Assembly: GCA_049967655.1 (NCBI GenBank)
Contig: JBMFSH010000005.1
Coordinates: 1-17,156 of the forward strand
Direction of reading: 5' to 3'
Length of the DNA: 17,156 nt
Source of the DNA: Acidobacteriota bacterium
GTDB lineage: Bacteria; Acidobacteriota; UBA4820; DSQY01
In this document: one piece after another, positions 1 to 8,188 of the stretch
Numbering within the stretch: position 1 is the first letter of the stretch
How the letters are laid out: each line of letters begins with the position of its first letter
Notes under the pieces: model-generated
What the model saw: the letters and a program-made list of their open reading frames with translations, nothing else
Database searches by the model: none
Told to the model about the DNA's origin: nothing
Program-made: the position numbers and the translations under genes

Positions 1-119
1 CACGGGCTTTGCCCGTGGAGCGGGGAGGGAATGGCCCTCCCCGTCCAGGAGACAACGCCTTTCCCCCGTGAACCCGAGCGGTAGCCGGAGGCACCCGCGT
101 TTCCATCGCGGAATTTGGG
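1..119 (+). mobile_element. Truncated MITE-like repeat (left window edge), ending in terminal repeat GCGGAATTTGGG at 108-119
   Basis: 31-119 is the reverse complement of 17058-17146 with 3 mismatches (positions 80, 88, 101). 104-119 is identical to 10700-10715. Hairpins lie at 1-17 and 21-43. Confidence 0.75.
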
Positions 120-1030
120 GGGATAGTGGCCCCTACGCCATACTGATGCCCGGGCAGCTCTCCGAGCGAGCCGGCATGGCTCTTCCTCTCGCGGGTGACG
201 AGCTTTTCGAACGCCTGGCGGGGGGGTTCGACGGCCTCACGGGCGGGCGGTTCCGCTACTGGGTCACGCGGGCCCCGGCCGAGGAGCTGGGAGAGCGCTT
301 TATCGCCCCCGCTGCCATGGTTCTTTACGGTGCGCTCTGCGCGGAGGTAGCCCTTTCCCGCTTCGGTCCGCCCAAGGCGGTGGCCGGGTACTCTCTCGGT
401 TTTTACGCGGCCGGCCTGTTCGCCCGCTGCGTCAAGGCCTCGGCCGTCCTGGAATGGCTGGAGAGGGTGAACGCCGCCAACGGAAGGGACTTCCCGCCCG
501 GCAGGTTCGCGCTGGCCTCCGAAACGGGCCTTTCGCGCGCCGAGCTCGAGGCCCTGCTCGAGGGCTGGGGTCTGGGCGAGGTGGCCGTGGCCAACGTCAA
601 CAACCCCAAGCAGGTGGTTTTCGCGGGGCCCAGGTGTGCCGTCGAACAGGCCACGGAGCGCCTGAAGGGTCTGGTGATGGACGTGCGCCTCCTCCCGCTG
701 GACGTCCCCCTTCATACGCGCTACGTGGAGAGGGCCCGCTCCGAGGCGACTCCCTGGTGGCAGGGGGTGCCGATGGCAGATCCTCTCTGGCCCATCATCT
801 CGCCCCGAGATGGGCATGTGATTCTCTCAGGCAGGGAGTTCCGCAAGGAGGTCGCGGAGGCGCTCGCCTCGCCCACGGACTGGGTGGCCGCCGTGGCGGG
901 CCTCAGGGAGCTCGGGATTCGGCGTCTCCTCGACCTCTCCCCCGGTGGTGAACTCGGCCGGATGACCCGGTGGACGCACCGCGACGTGGAGATTCTTCCG
1001 GTGTCGAGCCTTTGGGAATCCAACGCATGA
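68..1030 (+). CDS. ACP S-malonyltransferase-like (FabD/MdcH family) acyltransferase; start uncertain (GTG 68 inside the repeat, or ATG 146)
   Basis: AILMPGQ resembles the FabD N-terminal FPGQ motif. Also GYSLG nucleophile elbow, ANVNNPKQVVFAG and VPLHT with the catalytic His. The stop overlaps the next ATG (ATGA at 1027-1030). Confidence 0.8.
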   Translation: MNPSGSRRHPRFHRGIWGDSGPYAILMPGQLSERAGMALPLAGDELFERLAGGFDGLTGGRFRYWVTRAPAEELGERFIAPAAMVLYGALCAEVALSRFGPPKAVAGYSLGFYAAGLFARCVKASAVLEWLERVNAANGRDFPPGRFALASETGLSRAELEALLEGWGLGEVAVANVNNPKQVVFAGPRCAVEQATERLKGLVMDVRLLPLDVPLHTRYVERARSEATPWWQGVPMADPLWPIISPRDGHVILSGREFRKEVAEALASPTDWVAAVAGLRELGIRRLLDLSPGGELGRMTRWTHRDVEILPVSSLWESNA

Positions 1031-1836
1031 GCAGGGGAGAGCCGCAGGGGGTTCTGGAGCGCCTCCACCGGTACCTCCAGGAGGGGGGGACGGAGTGCCG
1101 GCTGGAGGAATTGGCTTGCCGCTTCCTCCACACGCGGGACGCGGGAGTCGGAGGCCGAGTCCTGGGCGCCCTCCTCGCCGGAGACGGGCGCTTTGAGGTG
1201 AGCGACGGCGCGGTGAGGCTGGCCTCTTGCCCCGATCCCTTCGAGGCCGAGGAGGTGGAGAGGGTCCCCTTCGCGGTGGTAGATTTCGAGACGAACGGGA
1301 TGGAGCCCGAGAGGGCCATCGAGATCGGCCTGGCCTGCTTCGAAGGCGGAGAGGAGGTGGAAGCCTTCGAGACCCTCCTGGACCCAGGGACTCCCGTGGC
1401 GCCGTTCGTCCAGCGCCTGACGGGAATCGAGCCGGCCGACCTGGCGGGCCGCCCCACCTTCGGCGCGGTCTGGCCCGAACTGGCGCAGAGGCTGCGCGGC
1501 CGGGTACTCGTGGCCCACAACTTGGTCTTCGATCGGCGAGTGCTCTGTCAGGAGATCGAGCGCATCGAGGAAGGGGAGCCGTTGCGGGAGCCGGCCTTCT
1601 GCACGCTCCGCTTCGCCCGGAGGCTGATCCCCAGGGAGGAGGGCCGGGGCCTGGACGCGCTGGCGGCGAGGTTCGGATACGAGTTTTCTTCGCGGCATCG
1701 GGCCCTGGACGACGCGCGGGCCGCGGGACGGATCCTCTACCGGCTCGTCGATCTGGCGAGGGAGAGGGTCCCGATCACGACGTGGCGGAAGTTAAAGGAC
1801 TTCGTAGACGGGACGCCAGCCGAATCCCAACGGTGA
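1027..1836 (+). CDS. DEDDh 3'-5' exonuclease (DnaQ / Pol III epsilon-like) with an N-terminal extension
   Basis: ExoI VVDFETNG, ExoII AHNLVFD and ExoIII HRALDDA motifs. ATG 1027 overlaps the upstream TGA. Confidence 0.9.
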   Translation: MSRGEPQGVLERLHRYLQEGGTECRLEELACRFLHTRDAGVGGRVLGALLAGDGRFEVSDGAVRLASCPDPFEAEEVERVPFAVVDFETNGMEPERAIEIGLACFEGGEEVEAFETLLDPGTPVAPFVQRLTGIEPADLAGRPTFGAVWPELAQRLRGRVLVAHNLVFDRRVLCQEIERIEEGEPLREPAFCTLRFARRLIPREEGRGLDALAARFGYEFSSRHRALDDARAAGRILYRLVDLARERVPITTWRKLKDFVDGTPAESQR

Positions 1837-1872
1837 GGTGAAGGGCCGGGCATCTGCTCTGGGAGGCGCCAG

Positions 1873-2247
1873 GTGGCCAGGATCCTGGTCTGCGACGACA
1901 CGCCGGACATACTCGAGATGATCCGCTTCATCCTGGAGAAGGAAGGCTATTCGGTGGGCACCGCGGAGAGCGGCACGGAACTCCTGGACCAGCTCCGGCG
2001 TGAGCCCGCCGACCTCGTCCTTCTGGATCTGCGCATGCCGGGCATGGACGGCTTTGCCGCGCTTAGAGAGATGGCCAAACTTCGAAACCGCCCGCCGGTG
2101 CTGGTGCTCTCGGCCAAAGGCCAGGAGGCGGACCGCAGGAGCGCCATCGAGGCGGGTGCCCTCAACTTCATCGAGAAGCCCTTTTCGCTGGTCAGGCTCC
2201 TGGCCGCCGTTCGGGGCGGCCTCCTCTCGCCGAAAGGTAACCCATGA
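1873..2247 (+). CDS. Single-domain response regulator (CheY-like receiver)
   Basis: ILVCDD acidic pocket, LLDLRMPGMDG phospho-Asp, LSA Ser and EKPF Lys-Pro. GGAGG RBS at 1862-1866 precedes the GTG. Confidence 0.92.
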   Translation: MARILVCDDTPDILEMIRFILEKEGYSVGTAESGTELLDQLRREPADLVLLDLRMPGMDGFAALREMAKLRNRPPVLVLSAKGQEADRRSAIEAGALNFIEKPFSLVRLLAAVRGGLLSPKGNP

Positions 2248-3097
2248 CCTTGTAGAGGAGCCGGGCCACCAGGAAGTCGGCGGCGAAGTGCACGCTGTCG
2301 GGTGCCAGCTCCATGACGTCCATCCCCACGACCTCGCGCTCGCAGCACAGACGGCGCAGGAATCGAAGGGTCGGGTACCACTGCAGTCCTCCCGGCTCGG
2401 GGGTGCCCGTACAGGGAACCAGGGAGGGATCGAAGCCGTCCACGTCCACGGTCAGATAGACCTTCGGGGGCAGCGCCGCCAGGACTCGGTCCATCCAGCC
2501 GTCGCCCTCCTGGCACTCCCGCGCCCAGACCACGGGCCACGTGCCTTTGGCTTTGAGGTAATCGGCCTCCTCCCGCGACAGGGACCGGATGCCCACCTGG
2601 GCCGTGCCCGCGCTGCACCCGACGATGCGCCGCATGACGCAGGCGTGGTTGAAGGGGGTGCCCTCGTAGGATTCTCTGAGATCGGCGTGGGCGTCCAGCT
2701 GGACCACCCCGATTTCCCCGTGGACCTCCCGGTGGGCCAGAAAGCAGGGGAAGCTCAGGTTGTGCTCGCCGCCCAGGCTTACCACGAACTTGTCCATGGA
2801 AAGGTAGTGGCCCACGGCCTCCTTGACCGTATCCACCATGGCCCTCGGGCTGATGTCGTGGAACAGGAGGTCCTCCGAGGTGAAGATGCCCGCCTCGCAG
2901 GGCTCCAGCCCCAGCTCCTCGTCGTAGAGCTCCATGTTCCTGGAAGCCTCGATGATGGCCCTGGGGCCGAACTTGGTGCCCTTGGCGTAGGAGGTCGTCA
3001 CCTCGTAGGGGATGGGCAGGATGACGAAGCGGGAAGTCTCCAGCGAGGATTGATCGGGCGGTAATCCCCCGAAATTGGACGGGTAGAACTCTGGCAT
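2192..3097 (-). CDS. speB: Agmatinase (ureohydrolase family)
   Basis: GTKFGPRAI, GGEH, DAHADLR, DVDGFDPS and TGTPEPGGL motifs. GGAGG RBS upstream. The 3' end overlaps the receiver gene by 56 bp. Confidence 0.93.
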   Translation of the reverse strand: MPEFYPSNFGGLPPDQSSLETSRFVILPIPYEVTTSYAKGTKFGPRAIIEASRNMELYDEELGLEPCEAGIFTSEDLLFHDISPRAMVDTVKEAVGHYLSMDKFVVSLGGEHNLSFPCFLAHREVHGEIGVVQLDAHADLRESYEGTPFNHACVMRRIVGCSAGTAQVGIRSLSREEADYLKAKGTWPVVWARECQEGDGWMDRVLAALPPKVYLTVDVDGFDPSLVPCTGTPEPGGLQWYPTLRFLRRLCCEREVVGMDVMELAPDSVHFAADFLVARLLYKVMGYLSARGGRPERRPGA

Positions 3098-3120
3098 CTC
3101 GAACCCTCCGGCAGGCCCCC

Positions 3121-3149
3121 ATTGTAGGGACGCCGGCTCGGAAACGCAA
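3121..3149 (-). promoter_or_regulatory. Putative sigma70 promoter for speB
   Basis: On the minus strand: TTGCGT (3149-3144), 17-bp spacer, TACAAT (3126-3121). Confidence 0.55.
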
Positions 3150-3171
3150 CGGAAGTCGGCGGTTGTGCGGC

Positions 3172-3200
3172 TTGAGGGTGGACCGATGGTGCGGTAGACT
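3172..3200 (+). promoter_or_regulatory. Putative sigma70 promoter for the TPR/cNMP-def-fmt-rsmB operon
   Basis: TTGAGG (3172-3177), 17-bp spacer, TAGACT (3195-3200), then a GGAGG RBS before ATG 3221. Confidence 0.55.
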
Positions 3201-3220
3201 TCCAGCAGGCGGAGGGCGCC

Positions 3221-4234
3221 ATGTCCTTGTTCGGTAAGGGAAAGGGAGAGGAGGATCCGCTGGTCCTGATGAAGCAGGGCTGCTACGAGCGGGCCGCGTC
3301 ACTCCTGGAGCGCAAGCTCCAGAGGGAGCCCCGCGATCTGGCCCTGAAAGTCCACCTGGCGGAGGCCTACGAGGGGGCAGGGCGGCCGGAGGAGGCGGCG
3401 CGGATCTACCGCGACGAGGGGGAGGCCCGGCTCGCGGGCGGTCGGCGGTCGGAGGGGCTGGCGCTCCTGAGGCGGGCCGTGCGCCTTGCCCCGGAAGATG
3501 CCGTCCTGGCGAGGCGCATGGCGGAGTTGGAGGGGGGCGGACAGAAGGCGGAAGAGCTCTCCGCCTTCTTCTTCGATCTCTCCGCGGGACCAGCCCTGGA
3601 GCCGGAGGGTCAGGTCACCGTGGCTCCGGATGGCCCCGGCGCCGAAGCGGGACCGGAAGTCGCCGGCGGAGTCCTCGGCGCGGCCTCGGGGGAGGGCTTC
3701 GGAGAGCCCCTGCGAGTGCCCTCCAGCGGGGAGGCGCCGCCTCCAGAGACGGCCCTTGATGGGTCCGCGCCTCAGCCCGACGAGGCCGGCCCGTTCTGGA
3801 TTCAGATGCTCTTTCGGGAGATGGATGCGGAACACGCCCGTCTCCTGGGTTCGGTGGCCATCCCGAGGAACCTGGATCCGGGAGACCTCCTGGTCAGGGA
3901 AGGGGAGGAGGGTGATTCGCTGTTTATTCTGGTGAGGGGCCGCCTGGCGGCGCGAGGCACCATCGAGGAGGAGGAGATGCCCTTGGCGGTTTTCGCTCCG
4001 GGGGACATCATCGGTGAAGTGGCCTTCCTCAAGAGGGTGCCGAGGACCGCCACCGTGACGGCGTCCGAGCGGTCCATGGTGCTGGAGCTTCCCGGGCCCG
4101 CCACGCGGCAGGCGCTGGATGCCTGCCCGGACTCCGTGGAGCATCTTGAGGTCCTGCTTCAGGAGAGGGTGGAACGGACCCTCTCGCTGATCAGGAGACG
4201 GGGAGCGCGATCGAATGGCCATTCGGAAAATTGA
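3221..4234 (+). CDS. TPR-like N-terminus plus C-terminal cyclic-nucleotide-binding domain protein
   Basis: N-terminal helical TPR-like segments (LAEAYEGAGRPEEAARIY) and a Pro/Gly/Glu-rich linker. cNMP domain with LVREGEEGDSLFILVRG and GEVAFLKRVPRTATVTA. Confidence 0.85.
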   Translation: MSLFGKGKGEEDPLVLMKQGCYERAASLLERKLQREPRDLALKVHLAEAYEGAGRPEEAARIYRDEGEARLAGGRRSEGLALLRRAVRLAPEDAVLARRMAELEGGGQKAEELSAFFFDLSAGPALEPEGQVTVAPDGPGAEAGPEVAGGVLGAASGEGFGEPLRVPSSGEAPPPETALDGSAPQPDEAGPFWIQMLFREMDAEHARLLGSVAIPRNLDPGDLLVREGEEGDSLFILVRGRLAARGTIEEEEMPLAVFAPGDIIGEVAFLKRVPRTATVTASERSMVLELPGPATRQALDACPDSVEHLEVLLQERVERTLSLIRRRGARSNGHSEN

Positions 4235-4769
4235 ACTCTACGGATCACCGGTCCTGCGGGAGAAGTCGGCCCCCGTGACCGACATCACTCCCGAGGTTCA
4301 GGCGCTGCTGGATGACATGGTCGAGACCATGCGGCACGCCTCCGGCGCGGGCCTCGCGGCCAATCAGGTGGGGATCGCCGTGCGGGCCATGGTCGTGGAC
4401 CTCGGCGCACAGGGCGATAAGGAACAGATCCTCTACCTGCTCAATCCGGAAATCGTGGAGCAGTCTGGGGAGATGCACGAAGAGGAAGGCTGCCTCTCCA
4501 TCCCCAAGATCTACGAGCGGGTCAAGCGCCCGGCCAGGATCAGGGTCAAGGCGCTCGACCGCGAGGGGAACTCCTTCGAGATTGAAGGCACCGAGTTTCT
4601 TTGCCGGGCACTCTGCCACGAGATCGACCACCTGGATGGCATCCTCTTCGTCGACAGGCTCTCCCCCCTGCGACGCGACATCGTCAAGCGCAAGATCAAG
4701 AAGCTCATCCGGGACGGGGAGTGGGAGGATCCATACCCCCAGTTCGATCGGCGGAGCCGGGACGCCTGA
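4215..4769 (+). CDS. def: Peptide deformylase
   Basis: GAGLAANQVG, EGCLS and HEIDHLDG motifs. Lies directly upstream of fmt. Confidence 0.97.
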   Translation: MAIRKIELYGSPVLREKSAPVTDITPEVQALLDDMVETMRHASGAGLAANQVGIAVRAMVVDLGAQGDKEQILYLLNPEIVEQSGEMHEEEGCLSIPKIYERVKRPARIRVKALDREGNSFEIEGTEFLCRALCHEIDHLDGILFVDRLSPLRRDIVKRKIKKLIRDGEWEDPYPQFDRRSRDA

Positions 4770-4801
4770 GGGCGTGCCGGCGGTCTAAGGGGGGATCGTT
4801 C

Positions 4802-5743
4802 ATGGCACCGGTCCTGCCTGAGCGCATCGTTTTCATGGGGACGCCCGACTTCGCGCGCGTTCACCTTCAGGCGCTTGTGGAGGCGGGGGCCCGCCCCCTA
4901 GCCGTGTTCACCCAGCCGGACAAGTCCGTAGGGCGCAGAAGACTCCTCACGCCGCCGCCGGTGAAGCTTTTCGCGGCCGAGCGGGGCCTGGAGGTTCACC
5001 AGCCCGTCTCCTTGAAGGGCGCCGAGGTTCAGGGGCTCCTGAGAGAGCTCGGCCCCGACGTGATCGTGGTGGTGGCCTACGGCAAGATCCTCCCGGAGGC
5101 CGTGCTCGCCATTCCCCGCCTCGGCTGCGTGAACGTTCACGCCTCGCTGCTCCCGAGGCACCGCGGCGCCTCGCCGATCGCCCACGCGATCTGGGCCGGG
5201 GATGCGGAGACGGGCGTGTGCACCATGCGGATGGAGAAGGGGCTCGACACGGGACCCGTCTATCTCGAAGGACGAATTCCCATCCCGCCCGCCGCCACAA
5301 CGGGAGGGCTCTCTCCCGTACTGGCCCGCCTGGGCTCGGGACTCCTGATCGAAACGCTGGAAGGGCTTCGCGCCGGCACGCTGAAGGCGCGGCTGCAGGA
5401 CGAGGCGCTGGCCACCTACGCTCCCAGGCTGACGAGCGAGGACGGGCGCCTCCACTTCTCCCGGCCCGCGGTGGAGCTGGAGCGGCAGGTGCGGGCCTTC
5501 GACCCTTGGCCCGGGACCTTCTTCGAATATCGGGCGGAGCGGATCAAGGTGCTCGCCGCCGCGGTGGGACCCGCCAGCGTGCGGGCCGAGCCGGGCGAGG
5601 TGGTCGGGGGCGGGGCCTTCGGGGTCGTCTGCGGGGACGGCCGCGTTCTCCTCGTGGGCAGGATGCAGAGGCCGGGCAAGCGCCCCATGACGTCCGAGGA
5701 GGTGCTGCGTGGGTACGCCATCCCGCCGGGCACCCGGCTCTAG
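4802..5743 (+). CDS. fmt: Methionyl-tRNA formyltransferase
   Basis: IVFMGTPDFA, VVAYGKILP, NVHASLLPRHRGASPI and DTGP motifs. Start set at ATG 4802. Confidence 0.97.
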   Translation: MAPVLPERIVFMGTPDFARVHLQALVEAGARPLAVFTQPDKSVGRRRLLTPPPVKLFAAERGLEVHQPVSLKGAEVQGLLRELGPDVIVVVAYGKILPEAVLAIPRLGCVNVHASLLPRHRGASPIAHAIWAGDAETGVCTMRMEKGLDTGPVYLEGRIPIPPAATTGGLSPVLARLGSGLLIETLEGLRAGTLKARLQDEALATYAPRLTSEDGRLHFSRPAVELERQVRAFDPWPGTFFEYRAERIKVLAAAVGPASVRAEPGEVVGGGAFGVVCGDGRVLLVGRMQRPGKRPMTSEEVLRGYAIPPGTRL

Positions 5744-7226
5744 AGGGCGGCTGCCGGGCCGCGCCGGCCGCGAGTACGAGGGCGGCGCAGGCGGGGCCCG
5801 AGGCCGGAAGAGCGGCCCGGGAAAGTTCCGCGCCGGCAGAGGCCCTCTGAGGCCGGAATCCCACGCGGGCGCGGCGGAAGGGCCCGCCGGACGGGCGAAC
5901 CTGCGCGCGGAGGCGGCGAGCGTCCTCGCCGAAGTCCTGGACCATCGGCAGTCGCTGAAGAGGCTTCTCCAGGAGCGCCAGGCGCGCCTGCCCAGGGAGG
6001 AGGACCGCGCCCTTCTGCGCGAGCTGGCCGCCGGCGTGGTCCGGCACCTCCCCCTCCTGGACTGGGTTCTCGACGACCAGACCGAGCGAGGCCTGGCCGA
6101 TACGCAGGCCGAATTGAGGCACATCTTGAGGGTCGGTGCCTTCCAGCTCCTCTTTCTGGACAGGGTCCCCGCCTATGCGGCCGTGGATCAGTGCGTGGAG
6201 GCCGCGAAGGCGGTCAGCCCCGGCGCCGGAGGGTTCGTGAACGGCATCCTGCGGGGGGTGGCGGAGCGCCGCGACGAGGCGGGAGAGCTTCCCTACCGGC
6301 TCAACGGGAGCGAGGGGGCCGCTCTGCGGCTGGGCATGCCCGAGTGGCTGGCCCGGCGCTACCTGGCCCGCTTCGGAGAGGCCGCAGGGGAGGAGCTCAT
6401 GGAAGCTTTCCAGGCCCCAGCGCCCACGAACCTGGTCTTCCCCTCGCCCTCGGCTCGGGCCCAGGGACTTCCGCTCCTCAGGCGGGAAGGCGTCGTCCTG
6501 GAGCCGGACACGGCGCTGCCGCTCACCTATGCGGTCCGGAGGGGTAACCCGGCGGAAACGGAAGCTTTCCGGCGCGGTCACTTCTACATCATGGACCCCG
6601 CGTCCCAAGTGCCGGCCCTTCTCCTGCCCGTGGAGGGGAGCAAGCGCGTGCTTGACCTGTGCGCGGCGCCCGGGGGGAAGAGCGTCCTTCTCTCCGGCCG
6701 CGTGGGGGAGCGGGGATGGGTCCTCTCCACCGACGTCCACCGCCGCCGCCTGGCCCAGATCGCCGAGAACGTGTGGCGCCTCGGCCTCACCAACGTGCGG
6801 CTGGCTCAGGTGGATTTGGAGGCGGGGCTGCCCTTTCGCCCCGAGTGGCCGGCGGTCCTGCTGGACGCCCCCTGCTCCTCGCTGGGGACCCTGCGGCGCA
6901 ACCCCGAGATTCGCTGGCAGATCCAGGAGACCGACCTCGCCTTCCGCGCCGACCGTCAATTGCGGTTCCTGACCGAGGCGGCCCGGGTGGTGTCCCCTGG
7001 AGGGGTGCTCTGCTACTCGGTCTGCTCCATCGAGCCCGAGGAGACGGAGGCCGTGGCGAAGCGGTTCCTGTCGGAGAACGCGGGCTTTTCCGCGCTGCCC
7101 TGCAAGCCCCCGAAGCCGCTGGCTGAGATCCTCCATTCCTCCGGCAGCGGCCGCTTCACCTGCCTTCCTCACCGCCACTCCTGGGACGGCTTTTTCATCG
7201 CCCTCTTCCGGCGCCGTCTTTCCTGA
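5709..7226 (+). CDS. rsmB: 16S rRNA m5C967 methyltransferase (Sun/Fmu) with NusB-like domain
   Basis: NusB-like region (LRVGAFQLLFLDRVPAYAAV, GFVNGILR), SAM motif DLCAAPGGKS, DAPCSSLG and YSVCS. AGGAGGT SD at 5697-5703 precedes GTG 5709. Conserved def-fmt-rsmB order. Confidence 0.93.
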   Translation: MGTPSRRAPGSRGRLPGRAGREYEGGAGGARGRKSGPGKFRAGRGPLRPESHAGAAEGPAGRANLRAEAASVLAEVLDHRQSLKRLLQERQARLPREEDRALLRELAAGVVRHLPLLDWVLDDQTERGLADTQAELRHILRVGAFQLLFLDRVPAYAAVDQCVEAAKAVSPGAGGFVNGILRGVAERRDEAGELPYRLNGSEGAALRLGMPEWLARRYLARFGEAAGEELMEAFQAPAPTNLVFPSPSARAQGLPLLRREGVVLEPDTALPLTYAVRRGNPAETEAFRRGHFYIMDPASQVPALLLPVEGSKRVLDLCAAPGGKSVLLSGRVGERGWVLSTDVHRRRLAQIAENVWRLGLTNVRLAQVDLEAGLPFRPEWPAVLLDAPCSSLGTLRRNPEIRWQIQETDLAFRADRQLRFLTEAARVVSPGGVLCYSVCSIEPEETEAVAKRFLSENAGFSALPCKPPKPLAEILHSSGSGRFTCLPHRHSWDGFFIALFRRRLS

Positions 7227-7393
7227 CGACAGCCGAGGTCCCGGTGGAGGAGGCGTGCCTTCGACCTCTGCGCGCCTTTTGACCCAGCGAAGGAGGCTGG
7301 CGCGAGGCCGCGGCCCCCGCGATGTCTTCGGGTGGTAGGCTCGTCTCTGGCCGCGCCGTTGGGCGCTCACGGCCGAAATCGGGGGCTGCGCAC

Positions 7394-8188
7394 ATGGGAC
7401 AAGGGCTGGCCGGAGCGACCTTCGGCGACGGTAAAGGCGTACCGCTGGTGCTGGTCCACGGGTTCCCGCTGGACGGACGCATGTGGGAGCGCCAAGCAGG
7501 GGCGCTGGCGGCAAAGGTGAGGGTCCTCGTGCCGGACCTTCGCGGATTCGGGCGATCCCCCCTGCCCAGGGGCCCGCATTCCATCGAAGACCATGCCCGG
7601 GACCTGGCCGCCTGCATGGACGCCCACGGCGCGCCCAAGGGAGTGATCTGCGGGTTCTCCATGGGCGGCTACGTAGCGCTAGCCTTCGCGGCCCTCTTTC
7701 CTTGGAGGGTGGCTGGGCTCGTTCTTGCGGACACGCGAGCGGCGGCCGACTCGGCTTCCGCGAAGGAGGTCCGGTCGGCGACGGCCCGGCGGGTGCTGGC
7801 CGAGGGCATGACCTTCCTGGCCGACGACATGCTCTTCAAGCTCCTGAGCGAGAGGACGCTCCGCGAAGGCGTGGACTTGTCGAGGCGGGTCTGGTCCATG
7901 ATGGTGGACCAGCGCCGGGAGGGGGTGGCAGCCGCGCTGCTCGCCATGCGCGACAGGCCCTCCAGGCTCGACCTCCTGCGGAGGATCACCTGCCCGACCC
8001 TCGTGGCCGTCGGCAGCCAGGATGCCGTCACGCCCCCCATAGAGGCCGAGGGCTTGGCGGGCCTCATCCCCGGGGCCTCCTACGTGGAAATCCCGGGGGC
8101 GGGCCATCTCGCTTGCATGGAGGAGCCCGAACGCTTCAACGGCGCGGTGCTCGATCTCCTGGCGCGCGTGCAGGAGCAGCGGCCATGA
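7394..8188 (+). CDS. Alpha/beta fold hydrolase (PcaD/MhpC-like); alternative start 7322
   Basis: LVHGFP oxyanion motif, PDLRGFG, GFSMGG nucleophile, GSQD acid and GAGHL His. Confidence 0.9.
   Translation: MGQGLAGATFGDGKGVPLVLVHGFPLDGRMWERQAGALAAKVRVLVPDLRGFGRSPLPRGPHSIEDHARDLAACMDAHGAPKGVICGFSMGGYVALAFAALFPWRVAGLVLADTRAAADSASAKEVRSATARRVLAEGMTFLADDMLFKLLSERTLREGVDLSRRVWSMMVDQRREGVAAALLAMRDRPSRLDLLRRITCPTLVAVGSQDAVTPPIEAEGLAGLIPGASYVEIPGAGHLACMEEPERFNGAVLDLLARVQEQRP

Noticed and set aside
31..119. Edge repeat as a tRNA, CRISPR repeat or known riboswitch
   Set aside because: No cloverleaf or T-loop consensus, no repeat-spacer periodicity, and no riboswitch consensus that I recognise.
2192..2247. 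56-bp convergent overlap of the receiver gene and speB as antisense regulation
   Set aside because: Short tail-to-tail overlaps are common in GC-rich genomes where stop codons are scarce, and nothing else supports a regulatory role.
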